Shown: one piece after another, positions 9,386 through 17,691 of the stretch
Numbering within the stretch: the stretch's first letter is position 1
Layout: every line of letters starts with the position of its first letter
From: Syntrophales bacterium
Lineage (GTDB): Bacteria > Desulfobacterota > Syntrophia > Syntrophales > UBA2210
DNA length: 64,000 nucleotides
Reading direction: 5' to 3'
Assembly (NCBI GenBank): GCA_963666365.2
Contig: CAXXNF010000001.1
Location: forward strand, 1,408,001 to 1,472,000
Made by a program: the position numbers and the translations under genes
Notes under the pieces: generated by a model
Database searches by the model: none
What the model was told of the DNA's origin: nothing
Seen by the model: the letters and a program-made list of their open reading frames with translations, nothing else

Positions 9386-10471
9386 CTATAACACGTCCCG
9401 CCAGGCCGTCGGCGTGGTTCTGGTGAGAGCGTTAATATTGGCAAGATTTGCCAGTGCTTCGGAACTGAAGAATAGATCGACGGTGCCTGTCACATCGATC
9501 GTTTTACTTGAATGGCCGATGGTGATGACGGAACCGAACACATTGCCTGTGCCGCTGCCCCTCATTTCACCGGTGCCCCGCATGATGATAAGCCCTTCAA
9601 AGGTGAAGGTGCCGTTGAGCCTCAGTTCACCGCCGTCGTCAACAATAATGATGCCCGCATAGTGGCCGTTGCCGTTGAGTGTCGAACCGCTGGGAATCAC
9701 CGTGACGGCCGGGTTGGTCCGCGTGCCGAAGGTGGTCTGGTAGAGGTTGTTCGCCAGCACATAATCCACGAAGGCAGTCCATGACGCCTCAGTATTTACG
9801 CCTCCCCCGACCTGCCTTGTGGGACTGCCGCCCAGATGAGCGGACTCATTGCCGTTGATGGTTGGGGACATGACCGTGTACAGTCCCGTGGTGGCGCCGG
9901 TAGCATGGGGCGAGGTGTTGCATCCGCTTCCGGTACAGGGGTTTGATGTCGGAATAGGGTAGTCATGGCCGTCGATATTAAAGCCGCCGCCGCCGCCCGT
10001 TTTAAAATCTACTTGCGGGTTGCCGCCGTACATAGCCACGGCGCCGTCCGCGCCCTGGGGGTAGAGGGGTGTCCTCTGGAAATATGCTTCAATAGTCCTT
10101 GACGCACTATTGGCGGCTGTGCCGGTCATTTGAAACCGGTACGTGCCTGCCGACACATAGTGCAGCGTGACTGACGTATTGAAGTTATAACCCGTGGGAC
10201 AGCTTACGGTAATTGTCGTTGTCGGCGTGCCGGCGGAGGGAAGGGTCACTGCGTTGGTGCTGAGGTAGTTGAAGACCTGCGCCATACCCGCCTCGGCATT
10301 GTAGAGGGCTACACGGCTCTGCCGGTAATTACCCGATATTTTGATGTCCGTCGAGGTCTGGAGGATGGCCGTCGTTCCCAGGGCCATGAGCACGGCTACC
10401 AGGAGCACCACGGTGAGCAACACCATGCCCCGCTGGTTCGATGGGATGGTATGTGAAGGCAATTTGTTCAT
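9386..10471 (-). CDS. pilX: PilX-like minor pilin with extended C-terminal domain
   Basis: Class III signal QRG|MVLLTVV lacking Glu5; PilX_N-type ISGNYRQSRVALYNAEAG; Gly-rich beta-repeat C-terminus. Confidence 0.8.
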   Translation of the reverse strand: MNKLPSHTIPSNQRGMVLLTVVLLVAVLMALGTTAILQTSTDIKISGNYRQSRVALYNAEAGMAQVFNYLSTNAVTLPSAGTPTTTITVSCPTGYNFNTSVTLHYVSAGTYRFQMTGTAANSASRTIEAYFQRTPLYPQGADGAVAMYGGNPQVDFKTGGGGGFNIDGHDYPIPTSNPCTGSGCNTSPHATGATTGLYTVMSPTINGNESAHLGGSPTRQVGGGVNTEASWTAFVDYVLANNLYQTTFGTRTNPAVTVIPSGSTLNGNGHYAGIIIVDDGGELRLNGTFTFEGLIIMRGTGEMRGSGTGNVFGSVITIGHSSKTIDVTGTVDLFFSSEALANLANINALTRTTPTAWRDVL

Positions 10472-10493
10472 GGGATTTCCTCTCGATGTTCCA

Positions 10494-11702
10494 TCATGGC
10501 ACCGTCGCAGAGTCCGATCCCCCGGTATACCCGGCTTTTGACGCCGTGACCGTAACAGTGCATGTGCCGCTCATCTTGCTCGACGTCACGGCGCAGTCGC
10601 TTCCGATGCCACAATCCGAACTGCTGCCGCCCCCGTAGTCGCCACCGCCCTTGTCTGAGAGTGTGCCGCTCGTTCCTCCGATGCTCCAGGTGACGGTGCA
10701 CCCCGCCACGGCGCTTCCGTCTGTTGCGCTGGTGACGGTGGCCTTCATGTATACATAATTATTGCCGGTATTTTTCTTGCAGGCGGTGAGCGCCACATTC
10801 AGCGCGGGCGGCGCCAGGGTTGTGGTAGTCGTACTCGTGGTGGTTGTGGTTGTGGTCGTCGTACTTGTGGTGGTGGATTCTTCTGTCGTCGTGGTCGCTC
10901 CCGCCCCGTCGGTCGTGGTGGTTGTGGTGGTGGTAGTCGTTACCGCCTCTGTTGTGGTCGTCGGTGTCACTGTGGTTGTGGTGGTAGGCGCAGTCGTGGT
11001 CGTGGTGGTGGGCGCCGTCGTGGTCGTGGTGGTGGCCGCTGTTGTGGTGGTTGACGAGGTGGTCGTGGTAGTGGTCGTCGATGATGGTGCCGCCGACAGT
11101 GCGAGATTGCGGCAGACGACCGTGGTGTCAAGGGTGTAGCGGCGATAGTGGTCACTGTGAACCGGGTGGGTATAGCGGGGATCGGGTTCGCCTGTCCGGC
11201 CTGTCAGTGATATGGTGATCGTCGCGATCGCATCATAGGTAATGGTCAGACCGTCCATGTTCTCAACCACCGGCTGGATGGAGCCGCTGTCAACCCTTCG
11301 TCCGAGGTTCGGCACGCCGCTGCTGCTGTAGATTTCGTAGACTACTTTCTTCGGGGCGGTGCCTTCGATGTAATAGAAGGTGATGCGATCATGATTCGTG
11401 GAAACGGTTTCGACGGTTATCACATTTTCACCGAGGGCTGTCAGAGAAGCAGCCAGCGTGCCGGTGGGGTCGAACCCGGCCATGCGGATTTCCCGCACCA
11501 TCATGTCCATGCCGGCCCGTACGTTCTGCTGCAGTTCCGCCACCTGGTCTTCTACGTTCAGGGATCGGTGCTGGACGGTGAAGACGCCGAACATGGCGGC
11601 GAGGAGAATCGCCCCTACCGCAAGGGCGATGACCAGTTCCATGAGCGAAAAGCCGCCTTCGTCAGGCCCGAAAACTCTTGTTGCACTAGCCGTGATTCGC
11701 AT
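10494..11702 (-). CDS. pilW: PilW-like minor pilin with poly-Thr linker and C-terminal Cys-containing beta domain
   Basis: G|FSLMELVIAL methylation motif, ELQQNVRAGMDMMVREIRMAGFDP PilW-type helix; start moved to ATG 11702 with ggag SD. Confidence 0.8.
   Translation of the reverse strand: MRITASATRVFGPDEGGFSLMELVIALAVGAILLAAMFGVFTVQHRSLNVEDQVAELQQNVRAGMDMMVREIRMAGFDPTGTLAASLTALGENVITVETVSTNHDRITFYYIEGTAPKKVVYEIYSSSGVPNLGRRVDSGSIQPVVENMDGLTITYDAIATITISLTGRTGEPDPRYTHPVHSDHYRRYTLDTTVVCRNLALSAAPSSTTTTTTTSSTTTTAATTTTTTAPTTTTTTAPTTTTTVTPTTTTEAVTTTTTTTTTTDGAGATTTTEESTTTSTTTTTTTTTSTTTTTLAPPALNVALTACKKNTGNNYVYMKATVTSATDGSAVAGCTVTWSIGGTSGTLSDKGGGDYGGGSSSDCGIGSDCAVTSSKMSGTCTVTVTASKAGYTGGSDSATVP
10818..11086 (-). 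repeat. ACN-codon low-complexity tract encoding a Thr-rich linker of about 90 aa
   Basis: Mixed acc/aca/acg runs on the minus strand with repeated TTTTTTAP units. Confidence 0.9.
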
Positions 11703-11715
11703 GCTCACTCCCGCG

Positions 11716-12090
11716 TTACTGTGACCGCAGCGTTGAGAGGGTGACGGTGCGCGTCCCATTCCAGGGGAACGTGACGGTCACCACGATCGTTGCCATATCC
11801 GTCGCGGGTGAGTCCGGCGTGACGGTCCAGGTCCGCTGGAAACCCGCCGACGGGGTGTCGTTTCCGGACGTCATACTCGCATAGGACATGCCCTTGAGCT
11901 CCTCCATCTTGTCCTGGGCAAGGGTGGTCGCCTGGGTCATCCGGTTGCTGAAGGAGTTTCCCTTTATCACGGTGGTCGTCACCGCCGCCGTCCCCAGGAG
12001 GGCCGTTACCAGAAGAAACATGGCGATGAGCACCTCCACCAGGGTAAACCCATTGCTGCGTATCTCTTGTTGAGTAGCGTTCATCTTCAT
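11716..12090 (-). CDS. pilV: PilV-like minor pilin
   Basis: G|FTLVEVLIAM; ATTLAQDKMEELK; position between fimT and pilW. Confidence 0.8.
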   Translation of the reverse strand: MKMNATQQEIRSNGFTLVEVLIAMFLLVTALLGTAAVTTTVIKGNSFSNRMTQATTLAQDKMEELKGMSYASMTSGNDTPSAGFQRTWTVTPDSPATDMATIVVTVTFPWNGTRTVTLSTLRSQ

Positions 12091-12094
12091 ATGC

Positions 12095-12526
12095 TCACTC
12101 GATGCGCGCCCGTCCCACCATGGACACGATGACGCGGCGGGTGCCGCTCGGGTTCGTGAGGGTCACCGTGCCCGACGCGGCAACGGTGCCGTTTGTTTGA
12201 AACAGGAAATCCTGGTTGCTCGACATCGATACGTCGACGTATTCATCCCGTATATTGCGGGATCTGTTCACTGCGCTCGTGTCGGTGCGAATAATGCTGT
12301 AACTGTTCCCGGTAAAATCCACCTTAAAGGTCACGTTTTCGCTCGCCGCCAGCCCCCGGGCGTACATGAGGTCGGTCATGACCAGCCGGGCCGCGCCGCT
12401 GAGGCGGTTTTTCGTCATGTACGTCTGAAAGTTGGGCGCCGCGATCAACGCCATGATGCCGGCAAGGGCAAGCACGATCATCAGTTCAATAAGAGTAAAC
12501 CCCGGGTTATTTTTCCCTTTTACCAT
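12095..12526 (-). CDS. fimT: FimT/FimU (GspH-like) minor pilin
   Basis: G|FTLIELMIVL...APNF; DLMYARGLA; C-terminal VIVSMVGRARI. Start placed at ATG 12526. Confidence 0.82.
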   Translation of the reverse strand: MVKGKNNPGFTLIELMIVLALAGIMALIAAPNFQTYMTKNRLSGAARLVMTDLMYARGLAASENVTFKVDFTGNSYSIIRTDTSAVNRSRNIRDEYVDVSMSSNQDFLFQTNGTVAASGTVTLTNPSGTRRVIVSMVGRARIE

Positions 12527-12749
12527 TGTTCCTGCTCTCACGAAAACCGATTAATGCGAGTCTATCATATGGAAATCGTTAAATCTATATAAAATAATGC
12601 GGCTCACTCACCTTTATGACGGCAACGCTTACGTACCTGCTCATGGTTCACACTATAGAACATCGACGGGAAAAGGGCAATGCCGTGGATCACCGCGACG
12701 ATGTGAAATGGCACACACCTGTGGCGAAGAATCGTGTCGGCGCCTGAGA

Positions 12750-13076
12750 TCAGGGATAGGATGCCTCGACCGTGGTATATATACCGCCCCGGACATTGAA
12801 ATTCCCGGTAACGAGGACCCGTTTCGGTTGAACTGCAGCAATAAAATCATCCAGGATCCGGTTGACCGCTTCTTCGTGAAAGATCCCTTCAGTGCGATAG
12901 GAATTAAGGTAGATCTTGAGTGATTTCAACTCAATCAACCGTTCCAGGGGGACATATTCAATGATGATCTCGGCAAAATCCGGCTGAGACGTCATGGGGC
13001 ACAGGCAGGTAAACTCCGGAAATCTGATGCGGATCTCGTAGTCCCGTTCCCTGAATTTGTTTTCTATTGTTTCCAT
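12750..13076 (-). CDS. queF: NADPH-dependent 7-cyano-7-deazaguanine reductase (type I QueF)
   Basis: PEFTCLCPMTSQPDFA, ELKSLKIYLNSYR, FHEE, FNVRGGI motifs. Confidence 0.95.
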   Translation of the reverse strand: METIENKFRERDYEIRIRFPEFTCLCPMTSQPDFAEIIIEYVPLERLIELKSLKIYLNSYRTEGIFHEEAVNRILDDFIAAVQPKRVLVTGNFNVRGGIYTTVEASYP

Positions 13077-13271
13077 ACTCCCTCACAGAGTGCGTGTGAA
13101 TTGAATATTTGGGTACACTATGCGACTTTCCTGTTGAAAGATGCATATAAATGAGGTTTAAAGGAATATCACCCGGCGGTGAGAGGTGTCAATTGATTTT
13201 TGCTCGCTTTATCCTTGACAGGCGTTGAGGCCGATGTTAGGCCGGTGCAATGGTGAAAAGACAGAGTTGTT

Positions 13272-13922
13272 ATGGATGATTTGTTTCTGAAAGAGCGGGA
13301 AGCCTTCCTTTCGAAGGCCGCCTCCGATATCGAAATCGGTGAATACCGTCACGCAAGAGAGTGCGCCGAGGAGCGCCTCAGTCGTTTCCCCGGCGATGTG
13401 GATGCGTGGATCGTCTGTGCCGCCTGTGCGGTGCGGGAGGGAAGATTTGCGGAGGCCCACACTATATTACAGGACCTGGATTCCATCCTGCCGGGATGGC
13501 CCCAGATTCAGGAGTGTCTCGGCGATATGTTCACACAGAGGGGAATGAAGGCCGAGGCGCAGGAGTGTTATTACAAGGCGTTGCACCCCGATGAGACGCT
13601 GCGGAAGCGGATCGCACTCAAGGCGGCGGAGGGCGGCGATACCGCCGAGGAAAAAGGCGAGGGAGGTCCTGTCTGCGGGAAAAGCGGGGTTACCCGCGAT
13701 TTTCACACTATCGCCCTGGCCGATCTTTACCTCGATCAGGGCGATATCGAACGGGCCCATGATGTGGTGGAAAAAATCCTGAAGGACGACCCCGCCAACA
13801 GGGAAGCGGATCGAAGAATGAAACGGATAGACGCGTTGAGAATGTCAGGGAATGCCGCGGTCATCCGGAAACTGGCTCAATGGCTTACACGGCTGGAGCG
13901 TGCAAAGGAACTCCATGGGTAA
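13272..13922 (+). CDS. Tetratricopeptide repeat protein
   Basis: TPR-like helices (LGDMFTQRGMKAEAQECYYKAL; TIALADLYLDQGDIERAHDVVEKIL); overlaps the next gene. Confidence 0.8.
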   Translation: MDDLFLKEREAFLSKAASDIEIGEYRHARECAEERLSRFPGDVDAWIVCAACAVREGRFAEAHTILQDLDSILPGWPQIQECLGDMFTQRGMKAEAQECYYKALHPDETLRKRIALKAAEGGDTAEEKGEGGPVCGKSGVTRDFHTIALADLYLDQGDIERAHDVVEKILKDDPANREADRRMKRIDALRMSGNAAVIRKLAQWLTRLERAKELHG

Positions 13923-14997
13923 GGCGCCTGTTCCGTACACAAGAATTGAAAAACTCCGAGCGCAGCTTCAATCGTTCGGCGTTGAAGGAGTTCTTTTTTT
14001 TGACCTTTCCAATATCCGTTATCTTACCGGTTTTACCGGCAGCGAAGGGGCGCTTTTCCTGGGAAGGGATCGCCTGGCCCTTATGGTGGATGGGCGCTAT
14101 ACGACACAGGCGGGGCGGGAGTCGCCCCATGCCGACATTGTGCCCGTGACCGATAAGCTCGAAGGGATCACGGATCTTCTTACTGCCGAAGGAGTCGGGT
14201 CTGTCGCTTTTGAATCGTCGATTCTTACCTATGACGGATATACGATTCTTCATAATCGTCTCCCTTCCGTGGAGTTGCTTCCCCTCTCTTCTCAGCTCAG
14301 CGAACTGAGGGCGGTTAAGGATGAAGAGGAAGTCGGGCTTATAACCGCGGCTGCGGGGATTGCAGCCCGGGCCCTGCGAAAAACTCTTGAGGGTCTTGTC
14401 CCGGGGATTCGCGAAAGAGAAATTGCCGCTTCATTGGAAGCGGCGATGCTTCGGGAGGGCAGTGAAAAACCCGCCTTCGAGACGATAGTGGCCTCCGGAG
14501 AGAATGCGGCCCTCCCTCATGCCCATCCGGGCGATCGGGCGCTCCGAAGCGGCGATTTCGTGGTGATCGATTACGGCGCCGTCTATGGGGGATACCATTC
14601 CGATGAAACCTGTACCATTGCCCTTGGTGCATTGTCGTCGGAACAGGAAAAGGTCTATACCATCGTAAAAAGCGCCCACGACAGGGCACTGGAGGCAGTG
14701 AGGCCCGGCGCTCTTGCCCGGGAAATAGACGGTATTGCCCGCCGTTACATAGATGATGCCGGCTATGGTTCCTGCTTTTCCCACGGCACCGGTCACGGTG
14801 TCGGACTTGCCGTGCATGAAGCGCCGGTACTTTCTCCTCGAAGCCGATCGGTGCTGGAAGAGGGGATGATCATTACGGTGGAGCCGGGCGTGTATATTCC
14901 CGGATCATGGGGAATCAGGATCGAAGATATGATCCTTGTGACCGCCGGGGGCTGCAGAATTTTAACAGAAATGCCGAAGCATCTGGTGATATTATAA
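13915..14997 (+). CDS. Xaa-Pro aminopeptidase (M24B)
   Basis: NIRYLTGFTGS, LPH, DYG...YHSDETCT, HGTGHGVGLAVHEAP, TVEPGVY, GIRIEDMILVT; start ATG 13915. Confidence 0.93.
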   Translation: MGKAPVPYTRIEKLRAQLQSFGVEGVLFFDLSNIRYLTGFTGSEGALFLGRDRLALMVDGRYTTQAGRESPHADIVPVTDKLEGITDLLTAEGVGSVAFESSILTYDGYTILHNRLPSVELLPLSSQLSELRAVKDEEEVGLITAAAGIAARALRKTLEGLVPGIREREIAASLEAAMLREGSEKPAFETIVASGENAALPHAHPGDRALRSGDFVVIDYGAVYGGYHSDETCTIALGALSSEQEKVYTIVKSAHDRALEAVRPGALAREIDGIARRYIDDAGYGSCFSHGTGHGVGLAVHEAPVLSPRSRSVLEEGMIITVEPGVYIPGSWGIRIEDMILVTAGGCRILTEMPKHLVIL

Positions 14998-15011
14998 GGG
15001 AGGTTGTTTCT

Positions 15012-15410
15012 ATGGCCGCGTTTCCGGATGATTTGCTGTACACTCGAGAACATACCTGGGCGCGGGTGGAGGACACGATAGTGACGATCGGAATTACCGA
15101 TTACGCCCAGGAAAATCTGGGCGAGATTGTCTCTATCGAACTTTACCCCGCCGACGCCTCGGTCAAACAGGGGGAACCCTTCGGCGTCATTGAGTCGGAC
15201 AAGGCGTCGGCGGAGCTTATCTCTCCGGTCTCCGGAGACATTATAAGCGTAAACGACGATCTCTATGACGATGTGGGGATACTTGAGTGCGATCATTACG
15301 ATACGGGATGGATGATCGCCGTCGATGTTCGCGACCTCAGTGAACTGGACAATCTGCTCGATGCGGAAGAATACGAGGATTTTGTCAGCCAGGACGTAGA
15401 CGAGGATTAG
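15012..15410 (+). CDS. gcvH: Glycine cleavage H-type lipoyl carrier protein
   Basis: YTREHTW, IGITDYAQENLGEIV, lipoyl-Lys in IESDKAS, SPVSG, GWM; SD gggagg, start ATG 15012. Confidence 0.9.
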   Translation: MAAFPDDLLYTREHTWARVEDTIVTIGITDYAQENLGEIVSIELYPADASVKQGEPFGVIESDKASAELISPVSGDIISVNDDLYDDVGILECDHYDTGWMIAVDVRDLSELDNLLDAEEYEDFVSQDVDED

Positions 15411-15415
15411 TCCCG

Positions 15416-16225
15416 GTGAATCCATGGAGGTGCATCCCCTTTGAGCGCTTGAGCTGCTTTGAAAATATGGCCATAGATGAGGCGATTCTCCGTAATGGCC
15501 GGGTGCATGAAGGGGTTCCGACACTCAGGTTCTACGGGTGGGTGCGACCGTCGGTGACCCTCGGGTATTTTCAGGATATGGCGAAAGAGGTGGATCTGGG
15601 TTTTTGCAGAGCGCAGAACATCGATGTCGTCCGGAGACCCACGGGAGGGAAAGCGGTCTATCACGATGCCGATGTGACCTATTCGGTAGTGGCGCGTGAA
15701 CGGGACGAAGGCTTCTCATCCGACATCATAGAGACTTACCGGGTTATCAGCGCCTGTCTGCTGAAGGGACTTAAAAAGCTGGGAATCGAGGCCGCACTTG
15801 TTGAAGAGGGAAGAACACATCTTTCATCCGCCGGAGAGGCGTTCTGTTTCTCCGTGCCCTTCAAAAATGAACTGCTGGTGAAGGGCGGAAAAATCTGCGG
15901 GAGCGCTCAGATGCGTTCGCAGGGCCTTTTTTTGCAGCATGGCTCGATACTGATCGATTTGGACCTGCAGCGGGTGGCACAGGTAATGGGTGGGGGCGCT
16001 GAAATGATCGAGTCGATGAGGCGGTCCGTGACCGCTCTGAACAACCATACCGCTCATCCCGTTTCTGAAGGGCGCCTCGTCGAGGCATTGCGGCAGGCCT
16101 TTGAGGAGGAGATGGGGGCGCCTGTCCGCGAGGATGCGCTGACGGCAGCCGAATGTGCTCTGAAAGATTCTCTCTTGACAGGGAAATATCTGACCGATCG
16201 GTGGAATATGAAAGGAAAGGGATAA
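15416..16225 (+). CDS. Lipoate-protein ligase family protein (LipM/LplA catalytic domain only)
   Basis: NMAIDEA, PTLRFYGW, VVRRPTGGKAVYH, KICGSAQ, LQHGSI; no LplA C-terminal domain. Confidence 0.9.
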   Translation: MNPWRCIPFERLSCFENMAIDEAILRNGRVHEGVPTLRFYGWVRPSVTLGYFQDMAKEVDLGFCRAQNIDVVRRPTGGKAVYHDADVTYSVVARERDEGFSSDIIETYRVISACLLKGLKKLGIEAALVEEGRTHLSSAGEAFCFSVPFKNELLVKGGKICGSAQMRSQGLFLQHGSILIDLDLQRVAQVMGGGAEMIESMRRSVTALNNHTAHPVSEGRLVEALRQAFEEEMGAPVREDALTAAECALKDSLLTGKYLTDRWNMKGKG

Positions 16226-16304
16226 CCCAGTTTTTTGTTGTTACGAAGAAAAAAATAGTGTATAGGGACACACTGTTCCCCGAGGGATATCGATACTGAC
16301 TTCC

Positions 16305-16444
16305 CTTCGCAGAACCGGTGGCCTTTGCATCATTCCCTTACCTGTCATTCCGGGTGTGACCCGGAATCCAGAAAATGATTGAAAAGCTGGATACCGGCCT
16401 TCGCCGGTATGACGAAATTGATGATTGTATGAAGTTCTGCAAAG
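16305..16444. mobile_element. MITE/REP-like element with terminal inverted repeats and internal nested hairpins
   Basis: Ends cttcgcagaac / gttctgcaaag (1 mismatch); core gtcattccgggtgtgacccggaatccag...ctggataccggccttcgccggtatgac. Confidence 0.72.
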
Positions 16445-16737
16445 CGTCTCAACCGGAGAGTGCCTGTGTGAGGGGCGTTGTTTCAGCGAAGGCAGGGAAT
16501 AAGAGAATTTGTGAAGGCGTTGGAAGACGCTGTTCTTCGGTAAGGAGAGTGATATAATTTAGCGAAAACAGGGGTGGAAAGCGGCGCGTTACGTGGATGT
16601 GTCGTTCTGCCCCTTTTTTATGTATGGCCGCTGATTCCTCTGCAGGTGACAAGGAGACGCAGCGGAGGGAACCTGGATTATTGTGTGAGAAGTAAGAACG
16701 CATACCACTAACCGTATATAAAAGAGGAGGAGTATAG

Positions 16738-16929
16738 TTGGAAGTAAAAGTTATAGACAACGATGTCGAGAAGGCGCTAAAAATTCTGAAAAACAAGCTT
16801 TCCAAAAACGGATTTTTCAAAGAGCTGAAATTGCGCAGGGCCTATGAAAAGCCGTCGGTGAAGAAAAAAAGAAAGGCCCTGGAGGCGCGCAGAAGAATGG
16901 CGAAGGCGGCCAGACGGCGCACGCGGTAG
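16738..16929 (+). CDS. rpsU: 30S ribosomal protein S21
   Basis: DNDVEKALKILK...FKELKLRRAYEKPSVKKKRK; SD aggagg, TTG start. Confidence 0.95.
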   Translation: MEVKVIDNDVEKALKILKNKLSKNGFFKELKLRRAYEKPSVKKKRKALEARRRMAKAARRRTR

Positions 16930-16991
16930 CAACAGGAGTTTTCACGTCAGCGATGATCGGATGAGCGCATATCCCGCGCACAGGAGAATCT

Positions 16992-17645
16992 ATGGAAGAG
17001 AAGCAGTTTATTGTCGATGCCCTGAATATTGAAGAGTCCTGGCGGGTGTTCCGCATAATGGCGGAGTTCGTGGATGCGATTGAAGAGTTGTCCCATATGG
17101 GGCCCGCGGTAAGTATCTTCGGGTCGGCCCGGGTGGCTCCCGGCGATGATTACTATGAAAAGACGGAGCGGCTGGCGGGAATGCTGGCCTCAAGCGGCTT
17201 CAGCGTGATCACGGGGGGAGGCCCCGGTATCATGGAGGCGGCCAACAAGGGTGCCAGTGAGGCCGGCGGCGTTTCCGTGGGCATGAATATCCACCTTCCC
17301 TTCGAACAAACACCGAACCCATATGCAAACATCAAGATCGAATACAAATATTTCTTCATCCGCAAGGTGATGTTCGTCAAATATGCCGTGGCCTACGTGA
17401 TTTTACCCGGCGGGTTCGGGACGATGGATGAACTCTTTGAAGCGCTTACGCTCATTCAGACAAAGCGCATCAGAAGTTTTCCCGTAATATTGATGGGGAG
17501 CAGCTATTGGAAGGGACTTCTGGACTGGCTGAAAGATACCATGTACGTCGAGGGGAAAATCTCTGAGGAGGATCTCGATCGCATTCAGGTAATTGACGAT
17601 CCCCGTGATGTGGTAGCGCATATAAAAAAGTTTGTTATTCTGTAA
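16992..17645 (+). CDS. LOG family nucleotide phosphoribohydrolase (TIGR00730-like)
   Basis: SIFGSAR, ITGGGPGIMEAANKGA, YFFIRKVMF, PGGFGTMDE. Confidence 0.92.
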   Translation: MEEKQFIVDALNIEESWRVFRIMAEFVDAIEELSHMGPAVSIFGSARVAPGDDYYEKTERLAGMLASSGFSVITGGGPGIMEAANKGASEAGGVSVGMNIHLPFEQTPNPYANIKIEYKYFFIRKVMFVKYAVAYVILPGGFGTMDELFEALTLIQTKRIRSFPVILMGSSYWKGLLDWLKDTMYVEGKISEEDLDRIQVIDDPRDVVAHIKKFVIL

Positions 17646-17691
17646 CGCCCTGTATCGTTGGGTGAATGGTTGAGACAGACGGCCGCAAGGA

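Noticed and set aside
10762..11139. Poly-Val ORF on the + strand
   Set aside because: Antisense shadow of the PilW poly-Thr tract
12545..12750. c-di-GMP/cGAMP (GEMM) riboswitch or sigma-54 promoter ahead of the minor pilins
   Set aside because: No GEMM core motifs, and no correctly spaced GG-N10-GC element found on the coding strand
13077..13200. preQ1 riboswitch upstream of queF
   Set aside because: No recognisable preQ1 stem and A-rich tail on the minus strand
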